Source: Vicinamibacteraceae bacterium
GTDB lineage: Bacteria > Acidobacteriota > Vicinamibacteria > Vicinamibacterales > UBA8438
Reading direction: 5' to 3'
DNA length: 62,740 nt
NCBI GenBank assembly: GCA_012271165.1
Contig: JAAXGX010000142.1
Span: 33,398-96,137, forward strand
Part shown: in pieces, positions 46,833 through 55,166 of the stretch
Layout: every line of letters starts with the position of its first letter
Numbering within the stretch: position 1 is the first letter of the stretch
Notes under the pieces: model-generated
Told to the model about the DNA's origin: nothing
Database searches by the model: none
What the model saw: the letters and a program-made list of their open reading frames with translations, nothing else
Made by a program: the position numbers and the translations under genes

Positions 46833-48017
46833 TCAGGCGTTTCCGCCGGGGATCGCGAGCCCTTGCTCCAGGGCGGTGAACGCCTCGATGAGCTCGGGCA
46901 CCTCGAACGTGCGATTACGCCGGCCCGTGTTGACTTGAGCGAGCACACCAGCGCCCGCGAGGCGGTCTATCGCCTGGCTTGCTGCCTGGAACGACCGGTC
47001 GATGAGGGCTGCCGCGGTGGAGGTTGTGAGCATCGGCGAGGCCGGCAACGCCTCGATCAGCAGCCACGCTGCCGAATCGCGTCTGGGGCGGCCGGCTCGT
47101 GCGATCCAGGACGATTGCAGGGCGCGCACCCGAGCCTCGAAGCGGGCGGCGTCGTCCGCCGCGCGGCGGCACGCCGAGGCGAAGAGCGCAATCCAGCGAT
47201 TGGCGCCGGCGTGGGCCTCGGCGGAGTCCGGTGAACCGACGTGGCGCGTGCCGATCAGGCCGCCGACGTAGTCCCGCGACCAGGTCGCCAGGATGAGCGA
47301 CACCGGCGGCAGAACGCGCAGCCCGAGCCCGCGCCGCCGCAGCACCAGGTGGATCAGCACGCGTCCGGTGCGCCCATTGCCGTCCACGAACGGGTGAATC
47401 GTCTCGAACTGTGCGTGCGCAATCGCCGCCTGGGCCAGCGCCGGGAGCGAGTCGTCGTTGCAGAAGGCGAGCAGGTCGTCCAGCAGGTCGGGCACCAGCT
47501 CGGGCGGCGGCGGCACGAAGTCGGCGGAGCAGGGGTGGAAGCTGCTGCCCCCAATCCAGTTCTGTACGGTGCGGATGCAGCCGCCATGCCGCTCCGGGCG
47601 CGGCCCGGCCAGCAGTCGTCGATGCGCCTCCAGCAAGGCGTGGAGGGTAATCGATCCGGCGGGCTCGACGTCCTCCACGCCCCAGACCATGGCATCGACG
47701 TTGCCGAGCACCCCTGACGCCGTTGCATCCTGGGGGGCTTCGCCGCGCTGGCGCGCCGCGACGGCGCGGAGGAGCCTCCGGCCGCTGACCTCCAGGCCTT
47801 CGATGCGGGACGAGGCAATGGACTCGGCTCGGAGCAGCAGGCGGGCGACAGCTTCTGTACCGGCGAGGGAGGCCGCCGGGGCAGCGAGCGTGACGAGCGC
47901 GGCCTCGGCGTCGGCGATGTCGGCGGCGACGTCGCCGTCCAGGACGAACCGGCGGCCAGCCAGGAGGTCGGGCAGATAGACCGCGTAGTCGCACGGCCGT
48001 CGATCTCGCCGTGTCAA
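46833..48017 (-). CDS. Fic/DOC-family protein (AMPylase-type) with C-terminal winged-helix-like region
   Basis: Canonical Fic motif HPFVDGNGRTGR; N-terminal Fic_N-like ESIASSRIEG. Confidence 0.9.
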   Translation of the reverse strand: MTRRDRRPCDYAVYLPDLLAGRRFVLDGDVAADIADAEAALVTLAAPAASLAGTEAVARLLLRAESIASSRIEGLEVSGRRLLRAVAARQRGEAPQDATASGVLGNVDAMVWGVEDVEPAGSITLHALLEAHRRLLAGPRPERHGGCIRTVQNWIGGSSFHPCSADFVPPPPELVPDLLDDLLAFCNDDSLPALAQAAIAHAQFETIHPFVDGNGRTGRVLIHLVLRRRGLGLRVLPPVSLILATWSRDYVGGLIGTRHVGSPDSAEAHAGANRWIALFASACRRAADDAARFEARVRALQSSWIARAGRPRRDSAAWLLIEALPASPMLTTSTAAALIDRSFQAASQAIDRLAGAGVLAQVNTGRRNRTFEVPELIEAFTALEQGLAIPGGNA

Positions 48018-48277
48018 TCCAGCGGGGTCGCCCTCCCAGCGGCGCTTCTCCCAACTCGCTACGAGCGCCTCCCTTTATTCAAGAATACCAATATATACCT
48101 GAGTTAATCACGTTCTTGTTCAAGTTTATTGCGCCGCATTGTGGGAGGCCGCGCCGCGCGGCGCAACCCGGGTGCTGGCGGCCGAAACGGTCTGGCTCGG
48201 CGGCCAGCGCGCGCATTGCCCGGCGAGCACACCAGCCGGCCGCGCGGAGCGGGCTGCCGCACCGGATCGTCCGTGGG

Positions 48278-49501
48278 TCAGACCGCGCCGGCCGCGTGCA
48301 GCCGGGCGATCTCGGCCGCGTCGAAGCCGAGGTCGTCGCGCAGGATGGCGTCGGTGTGCTGGCCCAGGGTGGGCGGGGGCGTACGCACGGCGCCCGGCGT
48401 CCCGCCGAGCTTGACCGGCACGCCGAGCTGGCGGATGGCGCCGGCAATCGGGTGGTCGAGCGCGACGACCATGGCCCGCTCGAGGATCTGCGGGTCCGTG
48501 AACACCTGGTCGAGATCGCGCACGGCGCCGCACGGAATGCCGGCGGCCTTCAGCCGGGCCAGCCAGTCGGCGGCGGGCCGCGTCCGCAGCCGCTCGACGA
48601 GCACCTGCCTGAGCGCCGCCCGCGCGTTCACGCGGTCCTTGTTCGTCCGGAAGCGGGGGTCGTCGGCCAGGTCGTCCATTTCGAGCACGCCGCAGAACGT
48701 GCGCCAGAGCTGATCGTTCCCGACGGCAACGACCAGCTCGCCGTCCGCCGCCTCCAGCGATTCGTACGGCGTGATCGACGGATGCCGGTTGCCGAGCCGG
48801 CCCGGCGCCTCGCCGGTCGCGAAGTACGTCCCGGCCTGGTAGGTCAGCACCGCCGCCACGGCATCGAGCATCCCGACGTCGACGAGCTGCCCGCGGCCGG
48901 TGCGCTCCCGCGCCAGGAGCGCGACGGCGATGCCGTAGGCCGAGAACATGCCGGAGACGATGTCCACGATGGCCACGCCGAGCCGGTACGCCGGCCCGTC
49001 GGGCGGGCCGGTGATGCTCATCAGTCCGCCCTCGCCCTGCATCACCGCGTCGTAGCCGGGCTCGTTGCGCCGCGGACCGTTCTGTCCGAACGCGGAGATC
49101 GAGCAGTAGACGAGGTCCGGGCGCTGCGGAGCGAGATCCGCGTAGCCGAGGCCCATGCGCCCCAGCGTGTCCGGACGAAAGTTCTCCACGACGACGTCCG
49201 CCCGCGCAATGAGGGCATCGAGCACCCGGCGGCCGTCGGGGTGCTTCATGTTCAGCGTCACGCTCTCCTTGTTGCGGTTGACGCTGAGGAAGTACGCGCT
49301 CTCCCCCTGCTGAAACGGCGGCCCCCAGCCCCGGGTGTCGTCGCCCTTGCCGGGCCGCTCCACCTTGATCACGCGCGCGCCCATGTCGGCCAGCATCATC
49401 GTGCAGTACGGGCCGGCGAGGACGCGCGTCAGGTCGAGCACGGTCAGGCCGGCGAGTGCGCCGGCGGTGTCGGTCTGCGTTCTGTCGCTGTCGGTCATCA
49501 T
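48278..49501 (-). CDS. CoA-transferase family III (CaiB/BaiF-like)
   Basis: LAGLTVLDLTRVLAGPYCTMMLADMGARVIKVERPGKGDDTRGWGPPF is the family N-terminal signature. Start ATG 49501 (the ORF continues to GTG 49525). Confidence 0.88.
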   Translation of the reverse strand: MMTDSDRTQTDTAGALAGLTVLDLTRVLAGPYCTMMLADMGARVIKVERPGKGDDTRGWGPPFQQGESAYFLSVNRNKESVTLNMKHPDGRRVLDALIARADVVVENFRPDTLGRMGLGYADLAPQRPDLVYCSISAFGQNGPRRNEPGYDAVMQGEGGLMSITGPPDGPAYRLGVAIVDIVSGMFSAYGIAVALLARERTGRGQLVDVGMLDAVAAVLTYQAGTYFATGEAPGRLGNRHPSITPYESLEAADGELVVAVGNDQLWRTFCGVLEMDDLADDPRFRTNKDRVNARAALRQVLVERLRTRPAADWLARLKAAGIPCGAVRDLDQVFTDPQILERAMVVALDHPIAGAIRQLGVPVKLGGTPGAVRTPPPTLGQHTDAILRDDLGFDAAEIARLHAAGAV

Positions 49502-49563
49502 CGGTATTCCGACGCCGCCGCGCACCCAACCGCCACCGCGGGATGCGGTAGGATCGGAGGAGC

Positions 49564-50901
49564 ATGGACGATCATGGGCGGCGCGTCTACGACTCCATTC
49601 TCGGCCTGCTTTCCAGCGCCGACAACCCCACCCCGCTGGTGCGCCTGAACCACGTGACGCCGTTCCGCGACACGCAGGTGTACGCCAAGCTCGAGTGGTA
49701 CAACCCGTTCGGCGCCGTCAAGGACCGCGTGGCGGCCAACCTCGTCGACGACGGCGAGGCGCGCCGCACGGTGCAGGCGGACCAGAAGCTGGTGGAACCG
49801 ACCTCCGGGAACACCGGCATGGCGCTGGCCATGATCGCGAACGCGAAAGGCTACACGCTCACCACGCCGTTGTCGAGCGAGATCCCGCTCGAGAAGCGCA
49901 CCATGCTGCGCTTCTTCGGCGCGGACGTCATGGAGCTCGAGGACACGCTGTGCCCGGCTCCGGGGGCGCCCGAGGGCGCCATCGCAAAGGCGATGGAGAT
50001 CGCCGACCGGCCCGACTTCCACATGCTGAACCAGTACGCCAACGAAGCGAATCCGGAGGCGCACTACAAGACGACGGGACCGGAGATCTGGCGCCAGACC
50101 GACGGCCGGGTGACGCACTTCGTGGCCGGTCTCGGCACCTGCGGCACCATCACCGGCACCGGGCGCTTCCTCAAGGCGCAGCGCCCCTCCGTCCAGGTGC
50201 TGGGCGTGCACCCGACCGAGGGCCATGACATTCCCGGGGTCCGCAGTCTCCGCCAGCTGCAGCAGACGAAGCTCTTCTTCCCCGACGAGTACGACGGGCT
50301 GGTCGAGGTGCAGAACCAGACGGCCTTCGACCTCTGCCTCCGCCTGAACCGGGAGGAAAGCATCGTCGCCGGGCCCAGCTCGGCCATGGCCCTGCAGGGC
50401 GCCTTCGAGCTCGTGCCCGATGCGCCCGGCAACGTCGTGGTCGTGATCTTTCCCGACAACGCCTTCAAGTACGCGTCGTCGGTGGTCAGGCATCTGCCGG
50501 GGCTCGCGGCGCGGCCGGCCAGGCCCGCGGGCCGCGACCCGCTGCTCGAGGCAATGCGGGAGAACGTGCGCGGCAACGCCGATCTGACGGTCGACGTCGA
50601 GGCCGCGCACGCGCAGCTGCAGAACGGCAGGCCGTTCGTCATGGACGTGCGGCCGCGCGAGCAGTACCTGGAGGCGCACATTCCCGGCGCCGTCAGCATG
50701 CCGCTCGCCGAGCTCGGCGCCGATCATGCGGCGCTGCCGGCGGATCGCGACGCGCCGATTCTCAGTGTCTGCCAGCGCGGGAACGCCTCGCTCTCGGGCC
50801 TGCTGTTTCTCAAGTCGCTGGGCTATCGCAACGTCCGCAGCATCACGGGGGGCACGCTGGCCTGGCGCGAGAAGGGGTTCGCCACCGACTCGGGTGCGTA
50901 G
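49564..50901 (+). CDS. cysM: CysM-type PLP-dependent cysteine synthase fused to a C-terminal rhodanese domain
   Basis: PLP-Lys context NPFGAVKDRVA, TSGNTGMALA, GLGTCGTITG. The C-terminal about 110 aa is rhodanese with active-site loop CQRGNAS. Confidence 0.85.
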   Translation: MDDHGRRVYDSILGLLSSADNPTPLVRLNHVTPFRDTQVYAKLEWYNPFGAVKDRVAANLVDDGEARRTVQADQKLVEPTSGNTGMALAMIANAKGYTLTTPLSSEIPLEKRTMLRFFGADVMELEDTLCPAPGAPEGAIAKAMEIADRPDFHMLNQYANEANPEAHYKTTGPEIWRQTDGRVTHFVAGLGTCGTITGTGRFLKAQRPSVQVLGVHPTEGHDIPGVRSLRQLQQTKLFFPDEYDGLVEVQNQTAFDLCLRLNREESIVAGPSSAMALQGAFELVPDAPGNVVVVIFPDNAFKYASSVVRHLPGLAARPARPAGRDPLLEAMRENVRGNADLTVDVEAAHAQLQNGRPFVMDVRPREQYLEAHIPGAVSMPLAELGADHAALPADRDAPILSVCQRGNASLSGLLFLKSLGYRNVRSITGGTLAWREKGFATDSGA

Positions 50902-50904
50902 GCG

Positions 50905-51378
50905 ATGGCGCAGCCGACGCTCACGCTGCGGGCCGCGGCCGACAGCGGCATTCGCCGGCACGGCCGCGAGACGTACCCCCACGAGTGCTGCGGGGCGCTC
51001 ATCGGCCGCGGCCGGCAGGTAATGGAGGCGCTGGCCCTGCCCAACGTCACCGAGGAGAGCTCCCGGCGGCGGTTTCGGGTCCGGCCGTCCGACTATCTGG
51101 CGGCCGAGCGCCGCGCGAGCGAGCTGGGCGCGGAGCTGCTGGGGTTCTATCACTCGCATCCGGACCACCCTGCACGTCCGTCGCAGTACGATCTGGACCA
51201 CGCGTGGCCCGTGTTCGCCTACGTGATCGTGGCGGTCGAGGAGGGGCAGCCGGGGACGATGACCTCGTGGCGCTTGCGAGAGGATCGGTCGGCGTTCGAC
51301 GAGGAGCGAATCGCGGTGGAGCCGGGCGGCCCCCCGCGGAGCGAGACAGGCGAGAGACCATGCCAACCAGGATTCTGA
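50905..51378 (+). CDS. mec: JAMM/MPN+ metalloprotease (Mec-like)
   Basis: HECCGALIG (Glu) and FYHSHPDHPARPSQYD (H-x-H-x7-S-x2-D) JAMM motif. Confidence 0.88.
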   Translation: MAQPTLTLRAAADSGIRRHGRETYPHECCGALIGRGRQVMEALALPNVTEESSRRRFRVRPSDYLAAERRASELGAELLGFYHSHPDHPARPSQYDLDHAWPVFAYVIVAVEEGQPGTMTSWRLREDRSAFDEERIAVEPGGPPRSETGERPCQPGF

Positions 51379-51644
51379 TTCCGACGCCGTTGCGCGTCTA
51401 CACCGGCAAGCAGGACGTCGTCGAGGCCGAGGGCGGCACGGTCGGCGAGCTGCTGGCGAACATGACCGATACCTACACGGACCTGCGCAAGCACCTGTAC
51501 ACGGATGACGGCCGGCTGCGCAGCTTCGTGGCGATCTACGTCAACGACGACGACATCCGCTTCCTCGACAAGGAGGCGACGCCGGTCAAGGAAGGCGATA
51601 CCGTCAGCATCATCCCGTCGGTGGCGGGCGGGAGGGCGTCGTGA
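51360..51644 (+). CDS. cysO: ThiS/MoaD-fold sulfur-carrier protein (CysO-like) with a three-residue extension after the Gly-Gly
   Basis: 94 aa, beta-grasp pattern (VNDDDIRFLDKEATPVKEGDTVSIIPSVAGG-RAS). The start overlaps the JAMM gene by 19 nt and the stop overlaps the moeZ GTG. Confidence 0.8.
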   Translation: MPTRILIPTPLRVYTGKQDVVEAEGGTVGELLANMTDTYTDLRKHLYTDDGRLRSFVAIYVNDDDIRFLDKEATPVKEGDTVSIIPSVAGGRAS

Positions 51645-52813
51645 CGGTCGCCGCCGCGCCGCCGGCGCTGAGCAACGCGGAGGTCGCCCGCTACAGCCGG
51701 CATCTGATCATGCCGGAGGTCGGCATGGACGGGCAGCTCAAGCTGAAGGCGGCCAGCGTGCTCTGCATCGGGGCCGGCGGGCTGGGCTCGCCCGTGGCGA
51801 TGTATCTGGCCGCGGCCGGCGTCGGCCGGCTCGGCATCGTCGACTTCGACGTGGTCGACTACAGCAATCTGCAGCGGCAGGTGATTCACGGGACGCCGGA
51901 CGTCGGGCGGCCGAAGCTCGAGTCGGCGCGCGACAGCCTGCAGGCGATCAATCCCGAGGTGCACGTCGAGACCCACGAGGTCGCGCTCTCGTCGGGCAAC
52001 GCGCTTGAGGTGCTGGGCGGCTACGACGTCATCGTCGACGGCACCGACAACTTCCCGACGCGGTATCTCGTCAACGACGCCTGCGTGCTGCTCGGCAAGC
52101 CGAACGCCTACGGCAGCATCTTCCGCTTCGAGGGGCAGGCCTCGGTGTTCGCCGCCAAGGACGGGCCGTGCTACCGCTGCCTCTATCCCGAGCCCCCGCC
52201 GCCGGGGCTCGTGCCGAGCTGCGCCGAGGGGGGCGTGCTCGGGATACTGCCCGGCGTGGTCGGCACCATCCAGGCGACCGAGGCGGTCAAGCTCATCATG
52301 GGCGTCGGCGAGCCGCTCGTCGGCCGCTTCCTCGTCTACGACGCGCTCCGCATGCGCTTCCGCGAGCTGAAGCTCCGCAGGGACCCCGACTGCCCCGTCT
52401 GCGGCGACAACCCGAGCGTCACGGCGTTGATCGACTACGAGCAGTTCTGCGGCGTGACGCCCGCGGCCCCGGCTGCCGACTCGTCCGCGGGGGCGGACGA
52501 CGACGCGACCGTCGAGCAGCTCAAGGCGAGCATCGACCGCCAGGACGGCGTCTTCATCCTCGACGTCCGCGAGCCGCAGGAGTACCAGATCTGCGCCATT
52601 CCCGGCTCGACGCTCATTCCGCTCGGCGACCTCCCCGGCCGCCTCCACGAGCTGGCGGGACGCGGCGAGATGATCGTCCACTGCAAGTCGGGCGCCCGCA
52701 GCGCCAAGGCGGTCAAGCTGCTCCGCGACGCCGGCTTCGCCCAGGCGAAGAACCTGCGCGGCGGCATCCTGCGCTGGATCGACGCCGTCGACCCGTCGCT
52801 GCCGAAGTACTGA
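51641..52813 (+). CDS. moeZ: MoeB/ThiF-type E1-like adenylyltransferase fused to rhodanese (MoeZ-like)
   Basis: RYSRHL, GAGGLGSP nucleotide loop, CxxC pairs (CYRCLYP, CPVCG), C-terminal rhodanese with HCKSGARS loop. Confidence 0.9.
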   Translation: MTVAAAPPALSNAEVARYSRHLIMPEVGMDGQLKLKAASVLCIGAGGLGSPVAMYLAAAGVGRLGIVDFDVVDYSNLQRQVIHGTPDVGRPKLESARDSLQAINPEVHVETHEVALSSGNALEVLGGYDVIVDGTDNFPTRYLVNDACVLLGKPNAYGSIFRFEGQASVFAAKDGPCYRCLYPEPPPPGLVPSCAEGGVLGILPGVVGTIQATEAVKLIMGVGEPLVGRFLVYDALRMRFRELKLRRDPDCPVCGDNPSVTALIDYEQFCGVTPAAPAADSSAGADDDATVEQLKASIDRQDGVFILDVREPQEYQICAIPGSTLIPLGDLPGRLHELAGRGEMIVHCKSGARSAKAVKLLRDAGFAQAKNLRGGILRWIDAVDPSLPKY

Positions 52814-52814
52814 T

Positions 52815-54026
52815 TCAGAAGTCGACCGTGCCGGGCTCGACGTAGACCATCTCCATCCGCAGGCCCGCGCGGTCCACTTGCGGCTGTGACGGGAGGGTTC
52901 TCAGCGCTGCTGCGGGCGCCGACGCGGTCAGCGCTGCGGCCAGCGCATCGACCGCGTCGTCGCGGGCGACTTCCCTGCGCCTGAATTGCCGCAGCATTTC
53001 CTCTATCTCCCGCTCGGCTGACGGCCGGATTCGCTCGAGCAACCCGATCCGTTCCCGGAAGCCTTCCTCCTGCTTCTTGTTGTGCTCCATCGGGCGACGC
53101 CCGGCGAACGCCCAGAAGCAGACTTCCGGGTGGATCTCGCGAACGATCCGCCGCACCTTGGCGTCGTCGCGCAGCAACCGATCCACCTCTCGGCACCTGG
53201 GAAGGATGGCGAACGCCTGCCTGCTCAGCGCTTTGCCGGTCGACTCGCGGCTGAGGCGCTTGGCGTCCTCGTAGTCGACTGCGTCCAGCACCGGCCGCGC
53301 CGGCGCCGGGAAGACGCTGCTCGCGCGGCGGCCGCCGAGTGCCCGGCGGGCCATCTGGTCGCACTCGCGAGGTCCAGGTCCGTCCGGCAGTCCGATTGGG
53401 ATGTCGACGAAGACGCGAGCGGGCTCGCTCGTTTCGGCTACCAGGTCGGCGAGCGTGCGAACGATGCCCCAACGGGATCGACCGGACGGCTCCAGGGCGA
53501 CGAAGAACCAGCCCGCGGGACAGCCGTCGACGCCGATCGTGATGGCTGGCGTGTCGGCGGCAGCGGACGGACGCGGGTTCGTCGGTTCCGGCTCGACCGC
53601 TGCGGCGACCCACCGCTCGACGTGCCCGGCGAACTCGTCGAAGTCGTCGAGCGGGGCGCCGAGCGTGGCGGCTACGCGGTCGACATCGATGTCGAGATAC
53701 CCGTGCACCAGCACGTTGCGGAAGCCGGCGATGCCGCGGAACCGCCTGCCGAAGGCGGGCGGCAAGACGTTCGCCTCGACCAGGCAGTCGATGGAGGAGC
53801 CGTAGTTGGCCGGGTCGAGCCCTGCGGCGGAGCTGAGATGGCTCGCGATGTCGAGGGCATTCTGCGCGCAAAGCTGAAGGCCGCGTTCCATGGCCCACAG
53901 CCGGTCGGAATCGACGCGGAGCGCCTCGGGCGACACCCCGGCGTGCCTGCGCAGGCCGGCGACAGCCCTGCGCAGGGCGGCGAGGTGCCGGTCCACCACG
54001 CGCCGATCGGGCCGGCCCGGCGTCAA
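52815..54026 (-). CDS. HepT (DUF86) toxin domain fused to a C-terminal DUF429-like domain
   Basis: Residues about 1-135 carry the R-x4-H-x-Y HepT motif (GFRNVLVHGY). Residues about 150-403 start ITIGVDGCPAGWFFVAL, the DUF429-type N-terminus (by recall). No in-frame start codon lies in the linker. The TTG start overlaps the MNT stop (TTGA). Confidence 0.7.
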   Translation of the reverse strand: MTPGRPDRRVVDRHLAALRRAVAGLRRHAGVSPEALRVDSDRLWAMERGLQLCAQNALDIASHLSSAAGLDPANYGSSIDCLVEANVLPPAFGRRFRGIAGFRNVLVHGYLDIDVDRVAATLGAPLDDFDEFAGHVERWVAAAVEPEPTNPRPSAAADTPAITIGVDGCPAGWFFVALEPSGRSRWGIVRTLADLVAETSEPARVFVDIPIGLPDGPGPRECDQMARRALGGRRASSVFPAPARPVLDAVDYEDAKRLSRESTGKALSRQAFAILPRCREVDRLLRDDAKVRRIVREIHPEVCFWAFAGRRPMEHNKKQEEGFRERIGLLERIRPSAEREIEEMLRQFRRREVARDDAVDALAAALTASAPAAALRTLPSQPQVDRAGLRMEMVYVEPGTVDF

Positions 54027-54490
54027 GACCGCCGGTCCTCTCCGGCCGCGAAGCGGCGGGCGGCGTCCATCTTGTCGAGTTGCGGCAGGAAATCGAAGTA
54101 GCGCGAGAGCGCGTAGCCGGCGCGCGTCGTCGTTGCCTGCAGGTCCCGGGTGACGAGCCGGACGCCGTCGCGCAGGACCCGGTGGTAGAGCAGCGGCGGC
54201 GCCTCGTTCAGCACGACGACGTCGACGTCGCTAGCGCCGAGCGCGTCCATCAGGACGGTCGTCAGCTCCGCGCGATAGCCCCAATGGCCCTCGTCGGCGA
54301 GCGACTTGTCGATGTAGACGGCCACGTCGACGTCGCTCTGGCCGTGGGCATCGCCGCGCGCTTGCGACCCGAACAGATAGGCCTCGAGGATCTCCCCCCG
54401 CGGTTCGAGCGCACGGGTCAGGCGTGCGACGAGCTTCGCCGAGTCGCGGCTCGTGCAACCCATCCCGCTCATCATGCCATCATGTGGCAT
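54023..54490 (-). CDS. MNT-type minimal nucleotidyltransferase (antitoxin partner of HepT)
   Basis: GSQARGDAHGQSDVDVAVYI (G-S-x9-11-D-x-D) nucleotidyltransferase motif; 155 aa; several alternative Met starts within the first 10 codons. Confidence 0.85.
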   Translation of the reverse strand: MPHDGMMSGMGCTSRDSAKLVARLTRALEPRGEILEAYLFGSQARGDAHGQSDVDVAVYIDKSLADEGHWGYRAELTTVLMDALGASDVDVVVLNEAPPLLYHRVLRDGVRLVTRDLQATTTRAGYALSRYFDFLPQLDKMDAARRFAAGEDRRS

Positions 54491-54582
54491 TGGGCGGCCG
54501 CGGGCAACAATCGCGATGGGGCCACGAATCGTAGAGGCGGCTGCCGCGCATCTCGGGCGCGCCCCGGCGGCGCTTCCCGCGC

Positions 54583-54611
54583 TTGGATGCGTCCGGCTGG
54601 CGGGCTAAAAT
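54583..54611 (+). promoter_or_regulatory. Candidate sigma-70-type promoter for iscR-iscS-iscA (TTGGAT-N17-TAAAAT)
   Basis: TTGGAT 54583-54588, 17-nt spacer, TAAAAT 54606-54611, 37 nt upstream of the iscR ATG. Confidence 0.5.
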
Positions 54612-54647
54612 GTGGCTTGGCGAACTCCTTCCACCGTGAGGGGGCGG

Positions 54648-55121
54648 ATGCTGCGACTGTCGAAGAAGGCCGACTACGCCCTGATTGCACTGAAGGACCT
54701 GGCGTCCAGTCCGCACGGCACGTCGTCGAGTGCGCGGGAGATCGCTGCGCGCTACAAGATTCCGGTGGAGTTGATGGCCAAGGTCCTGCAACGGCTCGCC
54801 AAGCGCGGGCTGCTTGCCTCCCACCAGGGGACGCGCGGCGGCTACCACCTCGCACGCCCGGCGGCCCGCATTTCGGTGGCGGATGTCGTGCAGGCCATCG
54901 ACGGGCCGGTCATGGTGACCGCCTGCTCCGACATCGACGAGAGCTGCGAGCAGTACCTGACGTGCAACGTGCGGGATCCGCTGTGGCGTCTGAAGGAGCG
55001 CATCGTGCACACGCTGGCGGAGTTCACCATCGACGAGCTCGCGCGTGACGACCTGCGGGCGCAGCTCCCGCTCGGTGCGCCCGCGGCGCCGGTGGCCTGG
55101 AGCACGCCGCCCGATCACTAG
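54648..55121 (+). CDS. iscR: Rrf2-family transcriptional regulator (IscR-like)
   Basis: MLRLSKKADYALIAL, wHTH, three-Cys cluster region (CSDIDESCEQYLTC). Start at ATG 54648 within the longer ORF. Confidence 0.85.
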   Translation: MLRLSKKADYALIALKDLASSPHGTSSSAREIAARYKIPVELMAKVLQRLAKRGLLASHQGTRGGYHLARPAARISVADVVQAIDGPVMVTACSDIDESCEQYLTCNVRDPLWRLKERIVHTLAEFTIDELARDDLRAQLPLGAPAAPVAWSTPPDH

Positions 55122-55166
55122 GGGCGGCCGTTCCGGTCCGCCCTCGCGCCCGACGGCGCGCTGGCC

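Noticed and set aside
48074-48131. AT-rich island as the boundary of a mobile element or prophage
   Set aside because: No integrase, transposase, tRNA gene or flanking direct repeats are visible. It is treated only as a probable promoter/operator region for the Fic gene.
50905-52813. JAMM + ubiquitin-like beta-grasp + E1-like genes as a bacterial ubiquitin-like conjugation or antiphage (Bil-type) system
   Set aside because: No E2-like gene is present. The cluster includes CysM and two rhodanese domains and matches the known CysO sulfur-carrier cysteine biosynthesis arrangement, so a metabolic role is far more likely.
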